Notes: generated from the letters alone by a model not told the origin. A stretch of DNA of 64,000 bases from an uncultured virus (IMG/VR IMGVR_UViG_3300048911_000053) (IMGVR_UViG_3300048911_000053), one strand, 5' to 3'; positions 20,506 to 29,274 are shown, numbered from the stretch's first letter. Numbers and translations: made by a program.

Positions 20506-20939
20506 ATATCAAAATACCCCTGAGAGTATTTTAGTGCTTCTTGAGGAAGATAAGATTTATAGAAACGGTTTGTTGGTGTGTCTAAATTTGAAATGTTCGC
20601 TCGTATATCTGCTTGTGAGATACCGCCAGCATATGGCATTGCCTCAATGAATCCTGAGTGTGGATTCTGAATTAAGAGCAATAGGAATTCTTTATAGTTT
20701 CTGAAAAACTCTGATCCATAGTATTCAATATCACCAGCACGTTCTCTGGCATATCTTGCCAAGGAAGGTAGGATATATCTTGCACATTCAAGTGCGGATT
20801 GTTTTTCTGAATCTGAGTTCTTTGTTAAAACGTATTGGTAAATATCATCAGTTAGGAATTCAATGTCAGGTAATATGTCGCCTGTCATCAATCGAACTCT
20901 ATCAATTGCTGATGTACTTGGATTTCCAGAGAAAGGCAT
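20493..20939 (-). CDS. Head-tail adaptor
   Basis: IDRVRLMTGD...FLTDDIYQY...PYAGGIS, after major capsid. Confidence 0.7.
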   Translation of the reverse strand: MPFSGNPSTSAIDRVRLMTGDILPDIEFLTDDIYQYVLTKNSDSEKQSALECARYILPSLARYARERAGDIEYYGSEFFRNYKEFLLLLIQNPHSGFIEAMPYAGGISQADIRANISNLDTPTNRFYKSYLPQEALKYSQGYFDICPL

Positions 20940-20951
20940 TCATTTAACCTT

Positions 20952-20977
20952 AAAAGAAAAGAGGGCCGAAGCCCTCT
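20952..20977 (-). terminator. Intrinsic terminator after the major capsid gene
   Basis: Minus strand AGAGGGC-TTCG-GCCCTCT followed by TTTCTTTT. Confidence 0.85.
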
Positions 20978-20986
20978 CTATTTCTA

Positions 20987-22009
20987 TTAACCTGTATAAC
21001 CGCGAACAATTGCTTGCGGTAAGCGCAGCATATTGATGAAGTTAGTTTCGGTTTGGATTTCGATCTTCTCGCCACGGTTATCACGATATTCAAACGCGTA
21101 GAGTCTTTCACCGATTGTGTTAACAAGATCAAACTTGTTGGCTGGTGAAAAGAATGTTTTGAAGCTATCGGTCATACCGGTTGGCAGGAAGTAAGCGTCA
21201 CCCGATGGGATCAGTGCTGTGCCACCGTATGAGCCACGGTATTCGATGAAACGAACGCCAGCGTAGTAGAACTCGCGGTAACGGCTATCCAAGCCCTGAG
21301 CTGCCAAACGATTGCGCAGAGGTTCCATTGTTGATACGTAGTATTGATACGCATTAACAACTTTGGCGTGCTGGATAAGACGATTGAAGAAAACCGGAGA
21401 ACACAGAGCAACGATGCCAGTCGGGATTTCACCAGAGAGCAGGTTGTCTTGAATTGCTGCAATAACGCTTTCAATCTTAGCGATTGGGTCAGTTGTTGAC
21501 TGATCAAGGTCAATATCAATCTCTGTACGAGTGATACCAAACGAACTGTACCAGTCAACAGAAACAGTACCATTAGGAGCGTAAACAGTTCCTGCTGTGA
21601 TTGCTTGTGCACGAGCAACTTCCATTGTTTGGAAATGCATTTTTGCCAAACGATCAAGCTTACGAGCAATTACCAGAGCTTCTTGCTCAACGTTATCACT
21701 ACCGTATGCACGACGACCTTGAATGTCTTGTGGAGAAACGTAGTCATCGATTGGGAAGTGTGGAACAGGGAACGCGTGAACTTCGCGGTTAGCATCTTTT
21801 GATACGTTAGCACGTTCACCACGAACACGATCCAGAATGCTTCCTGCTGTGAATGTTTGTTTTTCTACTTGGATAGTATGTTCTGCAACACCTTCTTCAC
21901 CGAAGATACCAAGTTGATTGATCAAACCCCATTGGTTTGGTACTACCAGAATCTCTGGAGTACGATCAACCATCTCAAATGGGTTTGTAAGACTGCGTGA
22001 AATAGTCAT
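20987..22009 (-). CDS. Major capsid protein (lambda gpE-like family)
   Basis: VPNQWGLINQLGIF, PHFPIDDYVSPQDIQG and PANKFDLVNTIG motifs; follows decoration gene. Confidence 0.9.
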   Translation of the reverse strand: MTISRSLTNPFEMVDRTPEILVVPNQWGLINQLGIFGEEGVAEHTIQVEKQTFTAGSILDRVRGERANVSKDANREVHAFPVPHFPIDDYVSPQDIQGRRAYGSDNVEQEALVIARKLDRLAKMHFQTMEVARAQAITAGTVYAPNGTVSVDWYSSFGITRTEIDIDLDQSTTDPIAKIESVIAAIQDNLLSGEIPTGIVALCSPVFFNRLIQHAKVVNAYQYYVSTMEPLRNRLAAQGLDSRYREFYYAGVRFIEYRGSYGGTALIPSGDAYFLPTGMTDSFKTFFSPANKFDLVNTIGERLYAFEYRDNRGEKIEIQTETNFINMLRLPQAIVRGYTG

Positions 22010-22047
22010 TTATTAAATAAACTCTTTATTATTTTTATTTTCAGTGA

Positions 22048-22728
22048 TTAGATTTGTTTCAGAACCATGATGCGTTTAGCTTCAAGGGCAGAATAAACAG
22101 CTTGTTTTTGCGTAGCAGTAGTAAACGAGCTTCCTAACACGAGGGCACCATCAGCAACGATTACTTCACCACGGTAGATAGCAAGAACCGTCGTATCTGT
22201 GGTAGCTGCAATAGCGATATCAGTTGAAACGCCGAGGTTGTTAGCCATTACGATGACGATATCTTCGTCAACAGTACCTACTTCAACAATTTTGTATTTC
22301 TCAGTACCTGTGACAACGATAGAGAAAGAATCACCAGCAACAGCAGCAGTACCACCAGCAGTGATAGTGAAGCTAATACCGTCAGCACTGAATGCAGCAC
22401 CAGTTGCGCCTGTACCGATGAAACGGCCACGAGGATCAACTACACGGAAAGCAGTAGCAGCAGTGAAGAGGACTGTGTAAACACCAGGACGAGCTTTCGT
22501 TCCAACAGTGATTGCTGACGATGTAGCATTACCTGTTGAGCCAGTATTGATTGTTGGTGTAGCAGCAGCGCCACTCACAAGTGAACGTGCCAATACAGTG
22601 CCTGGAACGTATGTTTTTGCAGTAGCTTCGTTAGCAATTACAGCTAAACGGCTAAATGCAAGGTCAGAGTCATCTTCGAATTTGAAAATGTTAGAGAAGC
22701 GTTGGTTCTCAGTTGCAATAAGTGTCAT
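22048..22728 (-). CDS. Head decoration protein
   Basis: PGTVLA...YRGEVIV...ALEAKRIMV, between protease and capsid. Confidence 0.8.
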   Translation of the reverse strand: MTLIATENQRFSNIFKFEDDSDLAFSRLAVIANEATAKTYVPGTVLARSLVSGAAATPTINTGSTGNATSSAITVGTKARPGVYTVLFTAATAFRVVDPRGRFIGTGATGAAFSADGISFTITAGGTAAVAGDSFSIVVTGTEKYKIVEVGTVDEDIVIVMANNLGVSTDIAIAATTDTTVLAIYRGEVIVADGALVLGSSFTTATQKQAVYSALEAKRIMVLKQI

Positions 22729-22747
22729 GTAGACTTAGTTCCAATTA

Positions 22748-24091
22748 TTATTTGTTATATTGTTTTTCGAGAACTGCTTTGACTGCGTTTGCTGGCTTTA
22801 CACCAACGCCTTCACCATCGTGGCCGAGTTCTTTAAACGGGGTTGTTTTAGCTTGAGCTGCTGCTTGTGCTTCGAAAGCGACTGCAACGGCTTCAAATGC
22901 TTCATCGGAAAGTTGCTCTGTTGATGCAAAGATGCTGAGAGATTTCTCTTCATCCAAACATGCAGTAAGGCGAGCTTTACGTGCATTCATTTTGTCTTCG
23001 AGTTCAGCTTTAGCTTTAGCTTCTGCTTGTGCTTGAAGGGTTTCTACAGTCGCTTGCAAAGTAGCTAATTGAGCATCTTTACCAGTGAGAGTGGCTTGAA
23101 GTTGCTCTGCGGTTGCAGCAGCTGCATCGAGCTTATTTGTGAGTTCAAGCACTTGTGCTTGTAATTCTGCTAATTGCATTGAATCATCTTCTTGGGTTTC
23201 AACAGAGGCCGATGGCGTGTTAGATGTTGGTTTTAATTTAATCAAGGTTGTCTTACCTTCAGAGACATCGGCTAAGTAGTTTGCAAACTCTTCGCGTGTC
23301 ATAATCTTATCTACAAGTCCGATTGCTTGAGCCTCATCAGAGAGGAACATTTTTGCTTTCGTACTCTTAACTGCATTTACTTCGATGCTACGCATCTCGG
23401 AAATATAGGTAACAAAGTTCGTATAAAGAGTATCTACTTTGTCTTGAAGATCGTTCAGAAATGATTCTGTAAAGTCGCCTTCAGAATCGAACGGAATCTT
23501 GCTCTCACCTGCATAAACATAGGTATCTTCAATACCCATTGACTTGAGAGCCTTATTTGCATTTCGCAACTTAACTACGACACCAATCGAACCGGCTGTA
23601 GCTTCAGGATTGATTACAACTTCATGGGCTGATGAAGTGATCCCGTAGGTCGCACTAGCACTCATACCATCGATATATGCAATCAGATTAATTCCCTTTT
23701 CGTCTGCGACTTTACGAAGATATCTACCAGTTTCCATCATCGAATAAGCTTCGCCTCCCGGTCCATCAACATCGAGGACGATTGTCGTAGCTCCTTCAGA
23801 AATAAGCTGTTCGAAATCTTCAGTAATTTGTTGGTAACTGCATCCAGACTCTCCACATAAGCCTTGATAGGCTATATATGTGAGAGGACCATCTACAGTC
23901 ACGACACCAGTTTTAGTATCTTCGTTATATTGTGGTGTGCGGTATTCTTTGTTTGGGCTTCCAAGAATGGCGAATTCAGTCTCACCATTCCTTGCCTCTA
24001 TATATGATATTGCTTTACCTAGTGCTTCAGATGTTACGAGGTGAGGCGTATTTGTCAGCTTCTGATAAAGCTTGAACAGCTCGTGAGCCAT
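22748..24091 (-). CDS. Prohead protease (S49 family) with C-terminal scaffold
   Basis: LDVDGPGGE, DGMSASATY and AGSIGVV motifs; Ala/Glu/Gln coiled-coil tail. Confidence 0.9.
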   Translation of the reverse strand: MAHELFKLYQKLTNTPHLVTSEALGKAISYIEARNGETEFAILGSPNKEYRTPQYNEDTKTGVVTVDGPLTYIAYQGLCGESGCSYQQITEDFEQLISEGATTIVLDVDGPGGEAYSMMETGRYLRKVADEKGINLIAYIDGMSASATYGITSSAHEVVINPEATAGSIGVVVKLRNANKALKSMGIEDTYVYAGESKIPFDSEGDFTESFLNDLQDKVDTLYTNFVTYISEMRSIEVNAVKSTKAKMFLSDEAQAIGLVDKIMTREEFANYLADVSEGKTTLIKLKPTSNTPSASVETQEDDSMQLAELQAQVLELTNKLDAAAATAEQLQATLTGKDAQLATLQATVETLQAQAEAKAKAELEDKMNARKARLTACLDEEKSLSIFASTEQLSDEAFEAVAVAFEAQAAAQAKTTPFKELGHDGEGVGVKPANAVKAVLEKQYNK

Positions 24092-25560
24092 TATTTATTA
24101 CTCTTATTTGAGACAGATTTGTCACCACCACCGGGTGATGTGCTTGTACCGTCACCGGCAGTCTTCATTCCATCACCAGCTCTTGAACGATTGTTAGGAA
24201 GTCTTTCCTGAACAACTTCTTCATCTTCCGGTTTTGGTTGAAGTTGGAACACTTTCTTCCTGATGTCGTTATAAACATCACGATCCATTTCAACAGCGTT
24301 AACTGAGAATATTCTTTGAACTGCTGAACTGAATGCGTCGATATCTACATCATCTAGCTCACAAGCGACCAATTTTGGATATTCTGTTTCAGACCAGCCA
24401 TTAAGTTGGAATGTTTGAGGAATCAAGTCTGAATTGATTACGTCACATATCTCACTGATGATTGCCTCAACAGCCATGATCATCAGATTTGTTTTTTCAC
24501 CCGCTAAGGCGAATGATCCAACTTGATCTTGTCCAAGCTTTAAGAAATCAGTAAAGAGGGTTGTTAGGATTTTGTTATCCCAACGACGTATGATCTTATC
24601 GGTATCATATTGCTTACCACCTGTGACTCCCATAAGTTCAAAGTCGAAGAGTGGCATGCGAGATTCTGGATCGTAAGCATTCGGAATAATTAAACCAGAC
24701 TGCTCATTGTTCTGAATGTTTCGAATTACTGATTTGTAGTATTCGTATATCGCTTTTTGCTCAGGAGTTGCATCTTCCGACATGTAGACGGGAGGTATGC
24801 GAAGCACAGGCATTCCACCCATGTCCCTAGATATACCAATTGCTTCAATTTCTTCAATACTCGTTCTAAACTTCCACGCAACATAAACCTGTTTAAGTGG
24901 GCTATTGCCTTGAGGGTTATTTCTTTTTGCGTTGTATTTGAAGTTGAGAAGCTTTTCAGCAGGAATTGTTATTCTTGTATTACCTGCTTCAGCAATTTTG
25001 AATAATCGATAACTATTATTTACAAGTGCTAAGTCTTGTACGATTCCAACGAAGTCTCTACCATCGTCTGAGAATTGCCAACCCACAATTGTATCTTGAG
25101 ATCGAATAGGAAGTTTTTTCCAACCTACATACCCATCATTAAATTTGGAGCCGTTAGAGTAGTAGCGTTTACGGAATACTTTTTCATGTGGTGAGAATCC
25201 ATAAACTAAGAAAGAACAAACTTCCTTAATGAACGATCTCCATGAATGATCCATGTCATCAATACATTGATTGATGAATTCAGCACGTTTATTTTGTAAT
25301 TCATTTGCACCGATGGGGGCTTCAATTCTCCATTCGACCCTCTCAAGCATCATTTCAAATAATGAGAGAGAAGCGGCAATGGTTGAATCGTAACTCATCT
25401 GTTTGTAGATATTCACACAAACAGGCCAAGCTAGGTCTTTTCGAAACTCTTCTAAGATTTGATTATGGGAAACCTTTAGACCTATGGTTCCCATCTCAGA
25501 CATTCGTAAGCGAGGGATTGCTTGACTAGCACCATCGTCTAAACTTTGGGTTTCAGACAT
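24091..25560 (-). CDS. Portal protein
   Basis: YGFSPHEKV, KKLPIRSQDTI, NNPQGNSPL and GSFALA motifs; follows terminase. Confidence 0.9.
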   Translation of the reverse strand: MSETQSLDDGASQAIPRLRMSEMGTIGLKVSHNQILEEFRKDLAWPVCVNIYKQMSYDSTIAASLSLFEMMLERVEWRIEAPIGANELQNKRAEFINQCIDDMDHSWRSFIKEVCSFLVYGFSPHEKVFRKRYYSNGSKFNDGYVGWKKLPIRSQDTIVGWQFSDDGRDFVGIVQDLALVNNSYRLFKIAEAGNTRITIPAEKLLNFKYNAKRNNPQGNSPLKQVYVAWKFRTSIEEIEAIGISRDMGGMPVLRIPPVYMSEDATPEQKAIYEYYKSVIRNIQNNEQSGLIIPNAYDPESRMPLFDFELMGVTGGKQYDTDKIIRRWDNKILTTLFTDFLKLGQDQVGSFALAGEKTNLMIMAVEAIISEICDVINSDLIPQTFQLNGWSETEYPKLVACELDDVDIDAFSSAVQRIFSVNAVEMDRDVYNDIRKKVFQLQPKPEDEEVVQERLPNNRSRAGDGMKTAGDGTSTSPGGGDKSVSNKSNK

Positions 25561-25570
25561 AAATTGTCTC

Positions 25571-26995
25571 TTAAATTAATGAAAATGGATTTTTCTGCTC
25601 CATGACAGGTATGGTGAAATTAGGGATATTCATAGATGTAGCAAGGAACATGAAAGCATCACCTGTAGCATCAACAGCATCATCTTTAACATTTCTTGAA
25701 CCATCGAATCTTTCTAATTCTGAGAAATAGTCAGTGATCCATTCACCATTTACGTAATCAACAATATTCGCTTCAGCTACTGCCGCAAAAGGTGCAAACC
25801 GTGTGATCTTGGATGTATGTGTTGTTTTTACTTTGGCGTAGAAACCCGATTCAGCAAGCTCTTTAACAATCTGTTGTGAATATGCTTTACCAGCAGCGCC
25901 AGGGTCTTGGGGGATGATGATTAAAGTGTCTTGACCATCTTCACGAGCTGTCTTTAGGATTCGTTCCAATACACCGTGTGGTCTGTCTCTGAATCGAATT
26001 GAATCTTCAATCGTATATCTTCCTTCCTTGGTCCGAGACATTTTAACGCCAACAGTCCAGTCAGGATTTGGATAAGATTCAGAGGGGAGTGTTCCAGCAA
26101 TATCCCACGCTCTAACACGACGAACCACTTTGAGAGGAGGGAATGGAACTACATTAAGCCAATCACGTTTAAAATAACCAGATGCTTCTTGTCGAGCGTA
26201 CCAGTTACCATAGAGGAGGCGTTCTTTCTCAACTCTTTGCAGTCCTTCAAGCCATGCGACATACGAAGGATTCTTTTCCATAACAACGGGGTTGTCGTGG
26301 ACATTAGCTGAAATGAAAGTAAGCGTAAGAGGTAAAACAGTTGGACCGTATTTTTCTTTTAATTCTTCAGCGGTATCACCAAACCGTATTTTTCCATCTT
26401 GAACGATGAAGTATCGAACGATGCCATCTTTATCTGGATCAGGTCTTCCTGCTAATTCACCATCTTTTATGAGATACCAATCAATCCAGTCTTTTAGGAA
26501 GGAATCAGCATCCGGGTTACAGGTGATCTTCATGTGAGGAGAGACAGGGCAACGCGGGTTTCTCATACGAGACATTAAGTATTGAACTTGTCTCTCGGTG
26601 AATTGTTGACCTTCATCCACAAGGATTAATGAGTTTTCTGTTCCTTGAAAGTTATCTTCATCTTTCTCATATTCAAAGTGCTTTAAGAAGACTTCAGCGC
26701 CAGATGTGAAAACAAATTTACCGTCTTTATCTTTCCATCTAACTTTAGGATCAATCTTCTTGAAGAGTTCTTGACACTTATCGAGCATACCTCCAGGCCC
26801 TTTGAGCTGTGGTGTGGTACGTCGAGTAATGATCGCTCTGAAGTATTTATGATGATGATATTTAAGTAAATCAAGTACGCCTAAATGGCTTTTACCCGAT
26901 CCAGCAGCACCGCCAAAGATTGTTATGTCTGCCGTGCTGTTTATAAACATCTCTTGTTTACGAGATTTTGGACCTATTACTTCACGTTCTGACAT
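25571..26995 (-). CDS. terL: Terminase large subunit
   Basis: Walker A GGAAGSGKS, Walker B ILVDEGQQF, TCNP, nuclease RAWDIA and KDDAVDA. Confidence 0.95.
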   Translation of the reverse strand: MSEREVIGPKSRKQEMFINSTADITIFGGAAGSGKSHLGVLDLLKYHHHKYFRAIITRRTTPQLKGPGGMLDKCQELFKKIDPKVRWKDKDGKFVFTSGAEVFLKHFEYEKDEDNFQGTENSLILVDEGQQFTERQVQYLMSRMRNPRCPVSPHMKITCNPDADSFLKDWIDWYLIKDGELAGRPDPDKDGIVRYFIVQDGKIRFGDTAEELKEKYGPTVLPLTLTFISANVHDNPVVMEKNPSYVAWLEGLQRVEKERLLYGNWYARQEASGYFKRDWLNVVPFPPLKVVRRVRAWDIAGTLPSESYPNPDWTVGVKMSRTKEGRYTIEDSIRFRDRPHGVLERILKTAREDGQDTLIIIPQDPGAAGKAYSQQIVKELAESGFYAKVKTTHTSKITRFAPFAAVAEANIVDYVNGEWITDYFSELERFDGSRNVKDDAVDATGDAFMFLATSMNIPNFTIPVMEQKNPFSLI

Positions 26996-27012
26996 TTTTA
27001 TTTTTTTATTAT

Positions 27013-27306
27013 TCAGCAGACTAGATCGTACTTTCTAATACCTGGGATATGATCACCAATTGAGTAATCAGCATATTGAGGAATAGTAATTTGAGGAAAT
27101 CTAGTATCGTGTTGTGTGTAATCACCTACATTTATTTTTACATCATTCCGATACGTCGGCGTTACTTTATCGAATACTAGATTTAAATGATCTTTGATTA
27201 TTTGCCATTGAATAGCGTCAGGTGTGTAACTGGTTAGTTCAGCAAAACCTTGTAACCAGCGACAAAAATTCTCAGGAGTCAATTTCAGTTCCTTCTGCAA
27301 CGGCAT
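27013..27306 (-). CDS. Hypothetical phage protein
   Basis: TPENFCRWLQGFAEL...QWQIIKDHLNLVFDKVTP, co-oriented with terL. Confidence 0.65.
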   Translation of the reverse strand: MPLQKELKLTPENFCRWLQGFAELTSYTPDAIQWQIIKDHLNLVFDKVTPTYRNDVKINVGDYTQHDTRFPQITIPQYADYSIGDHIPGIRKYDLVC

Positions 27307-27411
27307 ATCTTGAAGGAAGATACGGTTTGCTAATTAAATTATTGGATACTGCTAATGTAAAAGCAGCTAATACGAGGACCGTTATGAATTTCATTATTTA
27401 TTACTTTTATT

Positions 27412-27488
27412 TGGGGTGATCAACGAGACTCGAACTCGCATCCTCTGGAGTCACATTCCAGTGCTTTACCATTAAGCTATGAACAACC
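27412..27488 (-). tRNA. tRNA-His(GTG)
   Basis: Cloverleaf, CTGGA-ATGTGAC-TCCAG anticodon arm, extra 5' G, encoded CCA. Confidence 0.9.
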
Positions 27489-27494
27489 ATTAAT

Positions 27495-27571
27495 TGGTGC
27501 ATCAGGTTGGACTCTAACCAACGGCCTTCCGCTTATCAGGCGAACGCTCTAAACAACTGAGCTACAGATGC
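27495..27571 (-). tRNA. tRNA-Ile(GAT)
   Basis: TTCGC-CTGATAA-GCGGA arm, T-loop TTAGAGT (atypical), CCA. Confidence 0.85.
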
Positions 27572-27572
27572 A

Positions 27573-27655
27573 TGGTGAAGGTGGAGGGATTCGCACCCAC
27601 ATGCTTTCGCGTCCGGGTTACAGCCGGATACCACTTCTATTATGGCGTCACCAAC
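27573..27655 (-). tRNA. tRNA-Tyr(GTA), atypical or degenerate
   Basis: TCCGG-CTGTAAC-CCGGA arm, long variable arm, CCA. Two U-U mismatches in the acceptor stem and no GG in the D-loop. Confidence 0.7.
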
Positions 27656-27728
27656 AAGAATTAAGTCTCCTATTGAATGCCGGGAGGTGGCGGCAATCTC
27701 TTTCTACACATTGGTAGGCGAGATGAAT

Positions 27729-27803
27729 TGGTCTCAGTGGTGTGACTCGAACACACATTGTCTTCGCCCCAAACGAAGTGACCAGCCTTTGGCCCACACG
27801 GAG
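27729..27803 (-). tRNA. tRNA-Pro(TGG)
   Basis: CTTCG-TTTGGGG-CGAAG arm, C1-G72, A73, CCA. Confidence 0.85.
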
Positions 27804-27810
27804 ATTAACT

Positions 27811-27887
27811 TGGTTGCGGGTATCAGATTTGAACTGATGATCTTCGGCTTATGAGGCCGTTATGTTAGACCACTACACTAACCCGCA
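27811..27887 (-). tRNA. tRNA-Met(CAT)
   Basis: CGGC-CTCATAA-GCCG arm, TGCGGGT/ACCCGCA acceptor, CCA. Confidence 0.88.
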
Positions 27888-27893
27888 TTTGAT

Positions 27894-28100
27894 TTATTTA
27901 CCTAAACGATCAATGTTTGAAGCGATTCTCTGAGCTTCAATAAGATTTTTATCATTGCATTGACCAATAACAAGAAATTCATCGGATACATCATCAACGA
28001 CAAAAACTATTTTCTTTCCTTCGCCTATTAGAATTTTAAACAGGATGTCTAACTTTTCTTGTTCTAATTCAAAATCTAAAACTTCGACTCTCAGAGTCAT
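27894..28100 (-). CDS. Hypothetical protein within the tRNA cluster
   Basis: 68-aa ORF with AAGG upstream, filling the gap between tRNAs. Confidence 0.55.
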   Translation of the reverse strand: MTLRVEVLDFELEQEKLDILFKILIGEGKKIVFVVDDVSDEFLVIGQCNDKNLIEAQRIASNIDRLGK

Positions 28101-28117
28101 TCATTAACCTTTTGAAA

Positions 28118-28206
28118 TGGCGGAAAGTTGATGGCACGATCACCAAACCCGCTAAGGCTCCAACTGTTTAGCAAACAGCGTTCAACACCTGTTGAATTAA
28201 CTTTCC
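28118..28206 (-). tRNA. tRNA-Ser(GCT) with 6-bp D-stem
   Basis: GCTGT-TTGCTAA-ACAGT arm, long variable arm, G73, CCA. Confidence 0.85.
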
Positions 28207-28214
28207 ATTTAATT

Positions 28215-28352
28215 CGGCACAAGGGTAGGGAATCGAACCCCACTCGGCACAGTGATTATCTTAGCGCTACAATAAAAACTGCTTTAAGCCTTTACCACTA
28301 CATACTTCAACATTCAGCGTGCGCACGCTTAGAATGCTTAATATGCCCTTGC
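28215..28352 (-). ncRNA. 138-nt tRNA-like RNA (acceptor stem and T-arm, enlarged interior)
   Basis: GCAAGGG/CCCTTGT acceptor, TGGGG-TTCGATT-CCCTA T-arm, two long hairpins in place of D and anticodon arms. Confidence 0.7.
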
Positions 28353-28359
28353 ATGAAAT

Positions 28360-28446
28360 TGGCGGAAGAAGTGAGACTCGAACTCACGGAACCCGGAGGT
28401 TCGGCGGTTTTCAAGACCGCTGCAATAGCCGCTATGCGACTCTTCC
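28360..28446 (-). tRNA. tRNA-Ser(TGA)
   Basis: GCGGT-CTTGAAA-ACCGC arm, long variable arm, CCA. Confidence 0.92.
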
Positions 28447-28454
28447 ATAATGTT

Positions 28455-28531
28455 TGGTGAGACTGATAGGACTCGAACCTATAATCGTCGGATTAAAAGT
28501 CCGATGCTTTAAACCATTTAGCTACAATCTC
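28455..28531 (-). tRNA. tRNA-Lys(TTT)
   Basis: TCGGA-CTTTTAA-TCCGA arm, CCA. Confidence 0.92.
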
Positions 28532-28532
28532 T

Positions 28533-28607
28533 TGGCAGGCCACTACGGATTTGAACCGCAACCACAAGCATTTGGAGTGCTGTATGCTACCGTTACACTA
28601 ATGACCT
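28533..28607 (-). tRNA. tRNA-Trp(CCA)
   Basis: AGCA-CTCCAAA-TGCT arm, G73, CCA. Confidence 0.9.
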
Positions 28608-28614
28608 ATTTAGT

Positions 28615-28690
28615 TGGTAGGGATATTGAGGATCGAACTCAATACTTCCGCGTGAAAGGCGGGAGTTTTAACCAAATAAACTACATCCCC
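28615..28690 (-). tRNA. tRNA-Glu(TTC)
   Basis: CCGC-CTTTCAC-GCGG arm, CCA. Confidence 0.85.
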
Positions 28691-28692
28691 AT

Positions 28693-28768
28693 TGGAATCA
28701 CCGATTGGACTTGCACCAATATAATCCTGCTTTGCAAACAGGCGCGTAACTATCTCTGCCACAGTGAC
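28693..28768 (-). tRNA. tRNA-Cys(GCA)
   Basis: CCTGT-TTGCAAA-GCAGG arm, U73, CCA. Confidence 0.85.
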
Positions 28769-28775
28769 ATTAATT

Positions 28776-28851
28776 TGGAGCGGCTTACGAGATTCGAACT
28801 CGTAACTTCGACTTGGAAGGACGTTATGTTGCCGTTAAACACCAAAGCCGC
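28776..28851 (-). tRNA. tRNA-Gly(TCC)
   Basis: Loop CTTCCAA, GCGG/CCGC acceptor, U73, CCA. Confidence 0.88.
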
Positions 28852-28859
28852 TTTTAATA

Positions 28860-28934
28860 TGGTGGACGATAACGGTATCGAACCGTTCCCTCAGCAGTGC
28901 AAGTGCCGCGTGCTCCCATCAACACCTAAAGCCC
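28860..28934 (-). tRNA. tRNA-Ala(TGC)
   Basis: CGGCA-CTTGCAC-TGCTG arm, G3-U70, A73, CCA. Confidence 0.85.
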
Positions 28935-28991
28935 ATATTGCTGTCTCAACCTTTCGGGAAACAGACTTCAACCAACAATGTTGGATGTTAC

Positions 28992-29066
28992 TGGAGCTAC
29001 GGCCCGGAGTTGCGCCGGGTTCTCACGCTTACAAGGCGCGTGCATCACTAACAATGCTTACATAGC
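28992..29066 (-). tRNA. tRNA-Thr(TGT)
   Basis: CGCGC-CTTGTAA-GCGTG arm, atypical T-loop CGCAACT, CCA. Confidence 0.82.
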
Positions 29067-29143
29067 GAAATTCGAGGCTTGTTTATTGTCCGGTACAAGC
29101 TTAAACCGGAGAGAAAAGCCAAGGAGAGGAAGGCTTATTTAAC

Positions 29144-29269
29144 TGAAAGCATTTGGTTTCATACGTGCTCTATCCAATTGAGCTAGAGGCATTTTGCAAT
29201 GCCTTGTAGGACTCGAACCTACATCACGCCATTAGCAGTGGGAGAAGTTTTAGTTGCTGTATGCTTTCA
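29144..29269 (-). ncRNA. Circularly permuted tRNA-like RNA (anticodon GCT) inside a TACAGCAA-motif closing stem
   Basis: Order: TGAAAGCAT, ACAGCAA, CCA-CTGCTAA-TGGCG, T-arm GTAGG-TTCGAGT-CCTAC, closed acceptor AAGGCAT-TGCAAA-ATGCCTC, D-arm GCTC-AATTGGATA-GAGC, ACGTA, ATGCTTTCA. Confidence 0.85.
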
Positions 29270-29274
29270 AAAGG

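Noticed and set aside
28215..28352. tmRNA
   Set aside because: Too short, with no G3-U70 pair and no tag reading frame.
28935..28991. ACAGCAA in the Thr-Ala spacer as a fifth motif RNA or a theta/HDV ribozyme
   Set aside because: The motif is on the 3' side of a hairpin, with no enclosing stem or anticodon loop, and no HDV-like nested pseudoknot could be drawn.
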